Positions 26,570 through 36,046 of a stretch of 64,000 bases of DNA are shown here, in pieces (position 1 is the stretch's first letter; each line of letters begins with the position of its first letter). The notes beneath the pieces are model-generated. The model searched no databases, had not been told where the DNA came from, and saw only the letters and a program-made list of their open reading frames with translations. Position numbers and translations under genes: made by a program. This DNA is from a virus, in the IMG/VR virus record IMGVR_UViG_3300021560_000014, positions 1 to 64,000 of that record. One strand, written 5' to 3'.

Positions 26570-27312
26570 TGGCCAGCGAGCTTGAAGTCAGCGGCATCGA
26601 CGAGCTGATCGCCCAGCTGAACCAGCTCGACCGCGCCGCGCAGCTGCCGTCCTTCACGGTGCCCGGTCCCATCGGCCAGCCGCAGGCCCAGCGTCCCCAT
26701 GGCGAGAGCCGCAGCGAGCTGGGGGCCGAGTCCTTCGCGGACGGCTTCCCGGCCTTCGACATGAAGCCCGGCCTGCTGCGCTCGCCCAAGGCCAAGATCG
26801 GCAAGCAGGGCCAGCGCTACATCGACGTGCCGATGATGAACCGGCAGTCGGTCACCGGCAAGCCCGACATCCGCCGCCTGTCCGCGCAGTGGAAGGACGA
26901 CAAGGGCCGTCAGCACGGCACGGCCTCCTACAAGTGGATTCACCCCGGCGTCAAACCCGAGGGCGAGGCCGGGCCGATTGCGCTGCCCTCCAGGCAGGCT
27001 ATCCCGCCAATCACGCTCAGGCGCAGGCAGGCCATCCCGCCAATCACCCTGGAGCAGCAGCCAATTGACCTGAGCCCCGAGCAGGCCGAGCCAGGGACCG
27101 GACCATATGAGCTGAGCGCTGAGCAGGCAGTGCCCCCGATCATGCTGACCAGCCAGATAACGGAGCTGGTCGATGAGGTGGCCTATGGCTCAATCGAGAT
27201 CGCGCCGGAGCAGGCCGGAGGGCTGGTGACGCTGCTCGGCATGATGATGGATGAGCCGAGCCTGCGGAGGTTCAAACGGGCGCTGGCAAGCCCGCCCAAG
27301 CGCAAACGCTAA
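26569..27312 (+). CDS. Putative neck or tail-completion protein
   Basis: G..AFDMKPGLLRSPKAK...YIDVP...WIHPG. Confidence 0.6.
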   Translation: MASELEVSGIDELIAQLNQLDRAAQLPSFTVPGPIGQPQAQRPHGESRSELGAESFADGFPAFDMKPGLLRSPKAKIGKQGQRYIDVPMMNRQSVTGKPDIRRLSAQWKDDKGRQHGTASYKWIHPGVKPEGEAGPIALPSRQAIPPITLRRRQAIPPITLEQQPIDLSPEQAEPGTGPYELSAEQAVPPIMLTSQITELVDEVAYGSIEIAPEQAGGLVTLLGMMMDEPSLRRFKRALASPPKRKR

Positions 27313-27316
27313 GCCT

Positions 27317-27421
27317 GCGGCCCCGTTTCCTGCCCACCCAAGACCACCCAAGCCTGCGGCCCCGTTTCCTGCCCACCCACGCCGTGGCCACACCTTCGTT
27401 GCGGCCCCGTTTCCTGCCCAC
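27317..27421 (+). repeat. Three copies of the 21-bp motif GCGGCCCCGTTTCCTGCCCAC
   Basis: Exact copies at 27317, 27356 and 27401. Confidence 0.95.
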
Positions 27422-27424
27422 CCC

Positions 27425-27454
27425 TTGACATTGTTGTTTGCTTTCCTATAGACC
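27425..27454 (+). promoter_or_regulatory. Candidate sigma70-type promoter for the protease/scaffold/capsid operon
   Basis: TTGACA at 27425-27430 and TATAGA at 27447-27452, in an AT-rich patch. Confidence 0.55.
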
Positions 27455-27495
27455 TGTCGCAATTACCCACCTCGGGCTGTTGCGCAAGCAGGGAG

Positions 27496-28323
27496 TTGAG
27501 GCGGTCGTGGCCCCTTGTGCAACGCATAGGCGAATCCTTCCGTTTTCAGATGGACGTGCTCGCGAAAAGCGAGGGCACGGGCTCGTCTGAAGTTCGCCGC
27601 CTCTCCGGTGTAGCCTCAGCCAACTGTCAGGACGCCGTCGGCGAGACCGTGCTGCAGAAGGGCATGGACCCCCGGCCTGCGGTCGAGCGCGGTTTTATCA
27701 ACTGGGACCACATGGAGGGGCCGCGTTTCATCATCGGCTACCCGACCCGCTGCGAGTTTGTGTACTCGCAGGACCATCCCGAGTTGCGCGATCACCCCGA
27801 GCTGGGCAAGTCCGGCCTCGTGCTCTGGGCTGAAGGCAATCTCTGGGAGCCGGGTCGCCACCATGGGGCCGACGAGGCGTGGGAGTTAGCGAAGGCCCTT
27901 CAGGGAACCCCGCGACATCTCTCCTGGTCCGTGCAGGGCCGGGTAGTCGAACGCGATCCAACCGGGACTAAGATTCTTAAATCCATTGTGACGCAGCTGG
28001 CGCTGACCCATCAACCCATCCTCCAGGTCAGCTTCGCCGACATCGCAAAGTCCTTCGGCGCGGCCTCGACCCCGATGGGAGTGATGACAACAGGCAGTGC
28101 CAGCCCTCTCCTCCTCGAAAATCTCGACGGCAAGTTAACCAAGACTCTCTACGGCTACTGCAAGTCGGGGCAGTGCTTCGACAACAAGGGCCGCTTTTAC
28201 AAAGGCGTTAGGGGTGCCCTGGCGCACCTTCATTACTGTCACGACGAGTCGATACCTGACTCGAAGGACTATCTTCAAGCGCTCATCCGCTCAGGAATCA
28301 TGGGCGCGGGTGCAGGAGCTTAG
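27496..28323 (+). CDS. Prohead protease
   Basis: GVAS...D..GE.V.QKG, GFINWDH, IGYP, WSVQG, ALTHQP; lies before scaffold and capsid. Confidence 0.85.
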   Translation: MRRSWPLVQRIGESFRFQMDVLAKSEGTGSSEVRRLSGVASANCQDAVGETVLQKGMDPRPAVERGFINWDHMEGPRFIIGYPTRCEFVYSQDHPELRDHPELGKSGLVLWAEGNLWEPGRHHGADEAWELAKALQGTPRHLSWSVQGRVVERDPTGTKILKSIVTQLALTHQPILQVSFADIAKSFGAASTPMGVMTTGSASPLLLENLDGKLTKTLYGYCKSGQCFDNKGRFYKGVRGALAHLHYCHDESIPDSKDYLQALIRSGIMGAGAGA

Positions 28324-28325
28324 CG

Positions 28326-29414
28326 ATGGCCGACAAGGACAAGAAAAAGAAGCACGGCAAGCCCCCCTGGATGGATGACGATGATGAGAAGGACGAAGAG
28401 GACGACGAGAAGAAGTCCTTTCGAGGTGGTGGCATGAACGAGCTTGAAAAAGCTGGCCGTGAGTTGCAGCAGACGCTGCATGGAGAGCAGACCGGCGAGC
28501 GCCGCCCGAGCCTGCGCGACGCGATTGAGGGCTTCACCTCGAACCTCGCGCGCAGCGCCAAGGAGTTGACCGATTTCCTGGGCAAGGCCGAGGGCTATGG
28601 TGCGGGTTCCTCCGGGGACAGTGAAGACTCCGGCAACGACCCCGAGTACCGGATGACCCATGAGTACAAGAAGCTCGCGAAGCGCAAGCGCGGTGCGTCT
28701 CAGAACAGCTCTGACAATGAGTCCTACGAGGAGCAGGAGCGTGAGCAGGAAGAGACCATCGAGGAGGCCGAAAACGAGATGGACGGGTCCACGCTGGTCA
28801 GCGGTGCAGGAAAGCGCAATGCCGACTTCCATGACCAGGGCGGTGGCCGTCGTATCGCCCTCCCTGACCATGAGGGTGGCGTTGACAAAAGCTCCCGACG
28901 GGAGTCAGTCGATCAGTTTTATCGCTCCCTGGCCGATAATGACGAATTCGTACAGGTTCTCGAAGCCTCCCCGGCCCTAGCCCATCTCTCGGATGTGGTG
29001 GCCGAGCGGCTGGCAGACCTGGAGGAGCGCATCACTTCCAAGCTGAACATGCTCGGCAAGTCGATGGCGATCCTGATGCGCTCGCAGGCGCAGTTCAACA
29101 AGTCCTTTGTCTCGGCTCCCGATGGCAGCAGCCGTACCTCGCCGGGCATCATTGGCCGCACGACTGACGGCAAAGGCCCCGAGGGCGTGTTCACGGTCAA
29201 TGGCAATGACCCAAGCGGCCTCGGCAAGTCCAATGGCACCTCGGTGGGGGCGCTGCGCAAGTCCGAGATCGCGTCCAAGATCGAGGCCGCCATCAGTGAC
29301 GGCAAGGCCGACCCGATGGAGCTGGCGCGCTTCGACGCAGCTGGCTTGAACGGGCTCGGCATGGACGACGACACACGCAAGCAGTACGGGATTCCCCTGA
29401 ATCCTCGTCAGTAG
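28326..29414 (+). CDS. Scaffolding-like protein
   Basis: Acidic and coiled, between protease and capsid, with many K-S/K-A motifs. Confidence 0.65.
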   Translation: MADKDKKKKHGKPPWMDDDDEKDEEDDEKKSFRGGGMNELEKAGRELQQTLHGEQTGERRPSLRDAIEGFTSNLARSAKELTDFLGKAEGYGAGSSGDSEDSGNDPEYRMTHEYKKLAKRKRGASQNSSDNESYEEQEREQEETIEEAENEMDGSTLVSGAGKRNADFHDQGGGRRIALPDHEGGVDKSSRRESVDQFYRSLADNDEFVQVLEASPALAHLSDVVAERLADLEERITSKLNMLGKSMAILMRSQAQFNKSFVSAPDGSSRTSPGIIGRTTDGKGPEGVFTVNGNDPSGLGKSNGTSVGALRKSEIASKIEAAISDGKADPMELARFDAAGLNGLGMDDDTRKQYGIPLNPRQ

Positions 29415-29453
29415 TTCTTACCCGGCATACCGGGACTTTGTGGAGGGAAACGG

Positions 29454-30962
29454 ATGGAACCTCAGACTCAGCAGGGTAACGGTCGAAGGCTGGTAAAGTC
29501 CTTCGAGACGTTGTCTCGTGAGTATGCCGGGGGCCGCAACTATATCAGCGGCGACATGATCGTCGATCAGCTGACCGAGTTGCGCAAAGCCCTGGCAACT
29601 CAGGGCGGCGCGGGCTTCGGTGATCAGACACCGCTGCGGCTTGAGAACCTGGACGCGACCATGACCAGCGTCCTCTTTCAAGCCTCGCACCTGAAGCTCT
29701 TCAACTCAATTCCTCGGGTGCCCAGCGCTCAGATCCTGTACCAGTGGATCAGGGCGCTCGGCTATGGCACCCAGCGCGGAAACCTCGGTTTCCGCGAGGG
29801 CGGCGTAGCCCAGACTGGCCTCTCCAGCTGGATACGTGGCAACGCGACCGTGCGTTACCTCGGCGTAAAGCGCGGGTTTACGCATCAGGTCATGCAGGTC
29901 GGCCTGATGGGCGGTGCATTCGTCGATCCGGTCGCCCGTGAGCACCGCGACGGCACGCTTCAGCTGCTCGCTGGCCTTGAGCGTAATATCCTCTTCGGCG
30001 ATTCGCTCATTACCGACGCCAGCGGCACGACCGTCAACTATGACGGCCTGCTCAAGCAGACGCAGGCGTCCTATCCGTCGTCGATCTTCGATATGCACGG
30101 GCAGCCGCTCGACTTCGAGGCGCTGGAGAACTACACCGAGCGTCTGGTGCGGGTCGGCAAGCTGGTCAATTTCGACAGCCTGCGGATGTTCACCAAGCCG
30201 CGCGTGCTGAGCGACCTCGCCAAGCTGAAGATTCACGCTGAACGTAAGATGCTCGGCACCGGGGCCAATACTCCGGGCTATCGTCCGGGCACGCCGCTGC
30301 GCGGGTACGACTCGCAGCAGGGCTACATCCCGTTCGAGCAGTCGATCTTCCTCGACCCGGTGGACGACGGCAAAGTGGCGGTCGATCAGAACGGCAACAA
30401 CGTGGCGGAGGGCGCTTCGCCTCCTGCCGCTCCGGCCAGCGCGACCGTGACGGTCAATGCCTCTGACCCGGCCTCGCTGTTCGATGCCTCCTTTGCCGGG
30501 ACTTACTATTACTGGGTGACAGCTGCCGGTGACGGCGGCGAGTCGCTCGCCACAGCTGGCAATGCCGGGGCAGCCATCGCGACTGGTGGCTCGGCCTCCG
30601 TTGCGATTCCGGCCACGCAGTACGCTACGGTTTACCGGGTCTATCGCGGCACGGTGAATAGTGCGACTGACCCGAACACCGGCTGGATCGCGAACGTGGT
30701 TCCGTCGGTAGTCGGCGGCGCTGCGACCTATACTGACGAGAACACCTGGATTCCGCAGACCGGCATCATGCTGCTGCTCAACATGGAGGAGCCGGACCTC
30801 GCGATTGCGCAGATGGCCCCTCTCATCAAGTTCCCGCTGGCAGTAGTCAGCACCACCATCGAGTTCATGTTGATGCTTTATCACACGCTGGCGGTCAAAG
30901 CCCCCGAGCGCGTCATCATCGTGAAGAACATCGGCTACCGAACCGCTGAGGTGCTCCAGTAA
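29454..30962 (+). CDS. Major capsid protein
   Basis: LRKAL, LRLENLD.T, F.EGG, LE..I.FGDS, YDGL, L...PL, KAP...IVKNI resemble SPO1/Twort-type capsids. Confidence 0.9.
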   Translation: MEPQTQQGNGRRLVKSFETLSREYAGGRNYISGDMIVDQLTELRKALATQGGAGFGDQTPLRLENLDATMTSVLFQASHLKLFNSIPRVPSAQILYQWIRALGYGTQRGNLGFREGGVAQTGLSSWIRGNATVRYLGVKRGFTHQVMQVGLMGGAFVDPVAREHRDGTLQLLAGLERNILFGDSLITDASGTTVNYDGLLKQTQASYPSSIFDMHGQPLDFEALENYTERLVRVGKLVNFDSLRMFTKPRVLSDLAKLKIHAERKMLGTGANTPGYRPGTPLRGYDSQQGYIPFEQSIFLDPVDDGKVAVDQNGNNVAEGASPPAAPASATVTVNASDPASLFDASFAGTYYYWVTAAGDGGESLATAGNAGAAIATGGSASVAIPATQYATVYRVYRGTVNSATDPNTGWIANVVPSVVGGAATYTDENTWIPQTGIMLLLNMEEPDLAIAQMAPLIKFPLAVVSTTIEFMLMLYHTLAVKAPERVIIVKNIGYRTAEVLQ

Positions 30963-31249
30963 TGGTCCGCGTCAACGCCGCTAGCCGCGCCATCGCGGTG
31001 CCCAAGGAGCTGGTCTCCTCCGGCGTGGTTGAGCTGGAGCCGGTCCCTGGCGGGCGCTTCGAGGGCGAACTACCCGACCACGTCGGGAAATATCTGCAAA
31101 GTATTGCCCGCAACCCTATGGAGTACATGGTGACTGCAATGGAAGAGCCTGAAAAAGAACCCGCGAAGCCTGAGCCCGCTCCCGAGCCCGCAAAGCCGGA
31201 GCCCGAGCAGAAGGCCGCGCCTTCGCACCACACTGGGGGAAAGCGCTAA
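30962..31249 (+). CDS. Small hypothetical protein
   Basis: Overlaps the capsid stop; EP-rich tail. Confidence 0.6.
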   Translation: MVRVNAASRAIAVPKELVSSGVVELEPVPGGRFEGELPDHVGKYLQSIARNPMEYMVTAMEEPEKEPAKPEPAPEPAKPEPEQKAAPSHHTGGKR

Positions 31250-31648
31250 TTGGCGACCCCGACTCCACATCCGCGCACGTCGCTCGACATCCTGATGCGG
31301 GACGACAAGCTGCGGCGCAACCCGGCGCTGTTCGAGCCTCAGGCGGCGAACAACATGCTGGCCGCGCGCCAGCTGTACAACGCGGGCGGCGCGGGCGCGA
31401 CTGGGCCGCAGACTCCGCTCAATGTGACCGGGCGGTATTACCATGCGGTGCAGGTGACGGGGATTGCGGGGTCGGATTCATTCAACATTGAGGGCTCGCT
31501 CGACGGAGTGAACTGGAACACGGTGGGCTCGGCGATTGCCGCCAACGGCATTACGCAGTTCACTGGCATGTTCACCTATCTGCGGGCCAACAAGACAGCT
31601 GGCACCGGCACGGCCAGCATCGTAACCGTGCTGTCGATGGCACCATGA
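31250..31648 (+). CDS. Hypothetical virion protein
   Basis: IEGSLDGVNW motif, beta-rich. Confidence 0.6.
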   Translation: MATPTPHPRTSLDILMRDDKLRRNPALFEPQAANNMLAARQLYNAGGAGATGPQTPLNVTGRYYHAVQVTGIAGSDSFNIEGSLDGVNWNTVGSAIAANGITQFTGMFTYLRANKTAGTGTASIVTVLSMAP

Positions 31649-32349
31649 TCGTGCAACCGGATGACCTGGTCAAACAGGTACTGAGCAATTCGCTGGCGGC
31701 CCTGCAGGCCGATCCGACGCCGTTGCAGTTCATCTTTCAGCAGAAGTCGGCGGCGGAGCTGGCCGAGATTATCAAGTTCTTCGGCAATAACTCCATCAAC
31801 TGCCGTTTTGCTTTCCCACGGCAGGTGTCCGAGCTGCCGGGGCTGTACATCAACATTGCGGCGGGTGCCGAGGACGATCAGGTCATAGGCAGCGATTTCC
31901 CGCTGCCGGACGACCAGCCGTCAGGCACTGAGCTGGAGGTGACCAGCCTGGTTGGTACCTGGCTTTCGATCACCGTGAGCATCAGCTGCCTGTCAACCAA
32001 TGCGGCGCTCTCGACGTGGCTGAGTTCGGTGGTGCTGTGGGCGCTGATTGGCGCGCGTTACAACCTTAATCAGCTGGGCTTCGTCAAGCAGCGGCTCTCG
32101 CTGCGCGACCTTTCGCCCGAGTCGCGGTACACCCCGGACTTCGTCTTCCGGCGTGACGTGGCAGTCTCAGGGACGGTTCCGGCCACGGCTGAGGACTTCA
32201 CCGAGTACGCCATCCTTAATGAGATCATCGTCGTTCCGACGATTGAGGTCCCAGTGCTGGGGACGGTGAACGAGGCACCGCAGCTGACTCGCGTCGGACC
32301 CTACTACGTGCGACCGCCGTCACATTACAGCGGAATTGGAGACGGTTAG
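31645..32349 (+). CDS. Putative tail terminator or completion protein
   Basis: Position immediately before the sheath gene. Confidence 0.55.
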   Translation: MIVQPDDLVKQVLSNSLAALQADPTPLQFIFQQKSAAELAEIIKFFGNNSINCRFAFPRQVSELPGLYINIAAGAEDDQVIGSDFPLPDDQPSGTELEVTSLVGTWLSITVSISCLSTNAALSTWLSSVVLWALIGARYNLNQLGFVKQRLSLRDLSPESRYTPDFVFRRDVAVSGTVPATAEDFTEYAILNEIIVVPTIEVPVLGTVNEAPQLTRVGPYYVRPPSHYSGIGDG

Positions 32350-34161
32350 ATGGCTGACGGAAATACTTTCAACGGCTCCTTCACGCTGAACCCCTCAGTC
32401 CGAGTGGCGGTCCAGGCGGCGGGCCTGGGCACCTTCGGTGATGCGCCGCGTATCGTGGCGCTCGTCGGACAGTCCACCAATGGCCAGCCCGGCACGGTGC
32501 TGAAGTTCTCCGCGCCGAGTCAGGCGGTTCCGGTGCTGGGCAGTGGTGAGCTGTTACAGGCGATCTTCCGGGCCTTCAATCCGGGCAAGACTGGCAACGG
32601 CCCCTCGACCATCTACGCCATCCGCTGCAATCCGGCCTCGCAGGCCAAGCTGACTATAAACGACGCTGCCTCACCGACGCCGCAGCCGTCCATCGACTTG
32701 ACCTCGGCTGACTGGGGGTCGAATCAGAACCTGATCAACGTCACGGTGCTGCCGGGTACGGTCAGTGGCACCAAGGTGATCGTCGCCAATCCCACCTCGT
32801 CCTTCACGCTCGACAACATCGCGCGCAATGCCTTCTCCATTCAGTACAAGGGGGCGGGCACCACCTGCACGATGACGATCACCGGCACTCAGCTGACGAC
32901 TACCTGCGCCGGGGCGACAGCGGACAACCTGAGCCTGCCGTTTGCCAGCTATACGACCATCGCCCAGCTGGTGAGCTTCATCAACAACACCGGGAAATAT
33001 ACCGTCACGGTGTTGTCGCCCAATCCAAATGACGCGACCGCCAACAATCTCGACTTCGTGACCACGCAGGACATCAAGACCGCCGTGTACACGGCCTCCA
33101 TGAATCTGGCGGCGGTGGTCATGGCGCTCAATGCCAATGTGCAGCCGCTGGTAACTGCCGTGCGGCACAGTGGCGCGGGCCAGCCGCCCAGCACGAACGG
33201 CTCTATTACCCAGCTGTTCCTGACAGGCGGCTCGGACAATGGCGCGACGAACCATCTTGACGGCACGACCAACAGCACCCAGACGCTCACCACGGCGGAC
33301 TGGACCTTCTGCATCGGCCTGCTCGACACCCAGGACGTGCGCTATGTCGTCCCGCTGAGCAGTGATCCGGGCGTGCAGTCAATTGCGCTCAGCCATGCGG
33401 TGACAACTTCGTCCTCGGGCTATCTGCCGCGACGCTGCATCTTTGGCGCGGCCCTTGGCCTCTTCACTGCCTCGCTCGGCAATTATCTGCCGTTGGCAGC
33501 TGCCTTCAATTCCAACCGCGCGGTCTTTGTGCCCCAAGGGATACAGGATTACGACGATCAGAGCGGCGCGCTGACCATGTATCCGCCCTATATCTATGCG
33601 GCTCAGATCGCGGGCCTGATCTCAGGGCAGAACGTGGGCAACGCGGTCACCCAGGAGTTCGTCCGGGGCGTAGCGCTCGAATGGAATCCCAATGGGGCGC
33701 AAATCAATACCGCCATCGCGGGCGGCCTGCTGATCTCGTACTACAATGTGCGGGCGCTGGCGGCGCAGATTTCCCGAGGCGTGACCACGTGGCTGATCGA
33801 TAACAGCTTCAATAACGTGGAAATCTCGGTGGCCGACGAGATCGACCACATTGTCCTGACGGTGCTGACCTATCTGCAGCCCTTCCTCGGCAAGAAAGCC
33901 TCGCAGGTGCTGCTGGTCTCGCTGGCATCACAGACGCAGTCGGCGCTTCAGGCCGAGTTCGTCGCGGGCATCCTGGTCGGAGACGCCGCGCCCGAGGCCA
34001 ACGGCACCTTCAATCCGCCCTACGCCAACATCACGGTCACCATCAACGGCGACGTGGCCACGGTCACCTTCGTCTGTCAGCCGGGCATCCCGCTGAACTT
34101 CATCAACGTAACTATGACCCTGAACGTGTTCTCCGGCACCGTTCAGGTCGCGACAACTTAG
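32350..34161 (+). CDS. Tail sheath protein
   Basis: ALVGQS..G.P, GELL.A...AFNP, DWG...N.I, LTGG.D, GVTT, EISV..E.D. Confidence 0.9.
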   Translation: MADGNTFNGSFTLNPSVRVAVQAAGLGTFGDAPRIVALVGQSTNGQPGTVLKFSAPSQAVPVLGSGELLQAIFRAFNPGKTGNGPSTIYAIRCNPASQAKLTINDAASPTPQPSIDLTSADWGSNQNLINVTVLPGTVSGTKVIVANPTSSFTLDNIARNAFSIQYKGAGTTCTMTITGTQLTTTCAGATADNLSLPFASYTTIAQLVSFINNTGKYTVTVLSPNPNDATANNLDFVTTQDIKTAVYTASMNLAAVVMALNANVQPLVTAVRHSGAGQPPSTNGSITQLFLTGGSDNGATNHLDGTTNSTQTLTTADWTFCIGLLDTQDVRYVVPLSSDPGVQSIALSHAVTTSSSGYLPRRCIFGAALGLFTASLGNYLPLAAAFNSNRAVFVPQGIQDYDDQSGALTMYPPYIYAAQIAGLISGQNVGNAVTQEFVRGVALEWNPNGAQINTAIAGGLLISYYNVRALAAQISRGVTTWLIDNSFNNVEISVADEIDHIVLTVLTYLQPFLGKKASQVLLVSLASQTQSALQAEFVAGILVGDAAPEANGTFNPPYANITVTINGDVATVTFVCQPGIPLNFINVTMTLNVFSGTVQVATT

Positions 34162-34185
34162 CATACAAAAGTAGCAGGTTGATAT

Positions 34186-34650
34186 ATGAGGAAACGACCC
34201 AAGATGGCGGCCTCAGAAATTCTCGAAAAGCTGGAAGCCAACACCATCAAGCTGCGTAACGGCTGCTGGGTGTGGCAGGGGGCCAAGCACAGTAACGACA
34301 AGTGGCCCTATGGCTTGATCAATATAAAAGTTGAGGAAGGTTGGCGCACGGTACGTGTACACGTCGAGTCCTTCAAGATTTTCAAAGGACCAATTCCACC
34401 TGGAAAGTTCGTCTGTCACTCCTGTGATAACCCTCCTTGTTGGAATCCTGATCACCTATTCGCTGGTACACAGCAACAGAATCTGGATGACGCCGCTCGG
34501 AAAGGTAGGATGCTTTCGGGACTGGCTCGGTCAGCTGTTCAGCCTTGCGGTGATGATCACTGGGTCCGTAGGAATCCTGAACTCTTCAGGAGTCAACGGC
34601 CTCGGGGCGAAAACCACTGGACTCATAGGAGGCAGCAGGCTGCCTGCTGA
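34186..34650 (+). CDS. HNH homing endonuclease
   Basis: [31 protein letters not shown]; inserted between sheath and tube. Confidence 0.9.
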   Translation: MRKRPKMAASEILEKLEANTIKLRNGCWVWQGAKHSNDKWPYGLINIKVEEGWRTVRVHVESFKIFKGPIPPGKFVCHSCDNPPCWNPDHLFAGTQQQNLDDAARKGRMLSGLARSAVQPCGDDHWVRRNPELFRSQRPRGENHWTHRRQQAAC

Positions 34651-34658
34651 TTAAACGC

Positions 34659-35108
34659 ATGGCGAAATTTGTGGTGACCGGGAATGAATGCACCATCGTC
34701 ATCAATAACGTCAAGGTCCCCCTGATGCAGACGCTCAGGGCGACCGACGACTATGGCCATGAGCCCGCCAGCGGCATCGGCGACATTCATGTCACTGAAT
34801 ACACCCCGACCCTGGCCCGGCATTCGATTGCCATCAGCCGTTTCGTGATGACGCTCGATCAGGCGATCAACGCCGGAATCATCCTGGCCAATGGCGACGA
34901 CGCCATGCGTAACCTCGAATTCGACATCGAAGTCATGAGCAAGGACGGCTCGACTTTGATGAAGAAATACTTGCGCTGCAAGAACAACAGTTCGGACATC
35001 TCGGTCACCGCCCATCGGGTGCTGGTGAGCGACGCCAATTTTGTCGGCATCGACACGACTGCTCTGAAGTCCGCGCCTGGACAGGGTCCAGCGGCGATTA
35101 ACTACTGA
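34659..35108 (+). CDS. Tail tube protein
   Basis: TGN...I, DYG.EP.SGIGD...EY.P; follows the sheath. Confidence 0.85.
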   Translation: MAKFVVTGNECTIVINNVKVPLMQTLRATDDYGHEPASGIGDIHVTEYTPTLARHSIAISRFVMTLDQAINAGIILANGDDAMRNLEFDIEVMSKDGSTLMKKYLRCKNNSSDISVTAHRVLVSDANFVGIDTTALKSAPGQGPAAINY

Positions 35109-35362
35109 TGGGCAGCTGTGACGAGTTGGTCGAGAAGCTCGCCCTCCAGCGTTACTTCGGCGAGCTGAAGATCAGTTTCCGCGACGGCAAGATCGTCATG
35201 GTCGAACTGCACGAGACGCACAAGACACTCCAAGGTGCTTTGGAGGCGAGGAGCCAAGATGCCCACACCTCAAACGGAACTCCCCTCGAACCGTTATTTC
35301 ACCAAAACGGTCACGGTCCCCAAGCGGGACCCCGATACCCAAACAGAGATCAAAGGCCCTGA
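35108..35362 (+). CDS. Small hypothetical protein (YFGELKISFRDGKIV)
   Basis: TGATG overlap with the tube gene. Confidence 0.5.
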   Translation: MGSCDELVEKLALQRYFGELKISFRDGKIVMVELHETHKTLQGALEARSQDAHTSNGTPLEPLFHQNGHGPQAGPRYPNRDQRP

Positions 35363-35696
35363 CGGCGAGACCCTGGTCGATCACACGCTCGGCAATTTCA
35401 CCTTCAAGCGCCCGAGCGTGCTCGACCTCCGGGACATCGGCCTCCGTCGGGCGCAGGCTATAGCAGGTACGCCGGGGCTCGACGTGCAGACCCAGGTGCT
35501 GGTCGAGGTCTGCGCTGTGCTGCCCTATCAGGTTCATGCTGCTCCACCCGGCTGGGACTGGGAGGAGCAGTTCGAGCCCTGGGATCTGGTGGCCATCTAT
35601 CAGGCATACACGGAAGGCGTTCAGGAATACGGCAAGCCCAAGCCCAACGGTGTGGACCGGGACCCTCACTGGGAAAAGAGCCCGGCGACGGGCTAG
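35259..35696 (+). CDS. Tail assembly chaperone
   Basis: AGGAG RBS; G.FTFKRPS..D...IG, APPGW; between tube and tape measure. Confidence 0.75.
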   Translation: MPTPQTELPSNRYFTKTVTVPKRDPDTQTEIKGPDGETLVDHTLGNFTFKRPSVLDLRDIGLRRAQAIAGTPGLDVQTQVLVEVCAVLPYQVHAAPPGWDWEEQFEPWDLVAIYQAYTEGVQEYGKPKPNGVDRDPHWEKSPATG

Positions 35697-36046
35697 AGGT
35701 CTTCCGCGAGGAAGCGTGGGCAACGCTCTTCGGCATTGATTTCTGGTTCCGGCGACAGTATCACCTCGCGCCGACCGACCCGCGCTACCTGAACGCCACC
35801 CACGGCGAGATGCTCGCCGAGTTTTTCCGGTATGAGCTGCTGGAGAAGTATCAGGAAGCGAAGAAGGAGGGGCGCGAGGTCAATACCCTGGCCGACCTGA
35901 TGGTATCGGAGGACTTCGACAAGCAGTTGGCTGAACTTGACAAGCGGCTGGCAGCTGAGGCGGCCAGGAAAACGCCCAGCATCGGCGATGATTTCGGGGA
36001 CATACTGATCGACGTAAAGGCACCACCGTTAAATGGCAAACGCTAG
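35669..36046 (+). CDS. Tail chaperone C-terminal extension (-1 frame)
   Basis: Open -1 frame encoding FWFRRQYHLAPTDPRYL upstream of its first ATG at 35810. Confidence 0.6.
   Translation: MGKEPGDGLEVFREEAWATLFGIDFWFRRQYHLAPTDPRYLNATHGEMLAEFFRYELLEKYQEAKKEGREVNTLADLMVSEDFDKQLAELDKRLAAEAARKTPSIGDDFGDILIDVKAPPLNGKR

Noticed and set aside
23318-34650. HNH genes as TasH effectors
   Set aside because: They are short, have a typical homing-endonuclease layout, show no Nop domain and are not beside an array.
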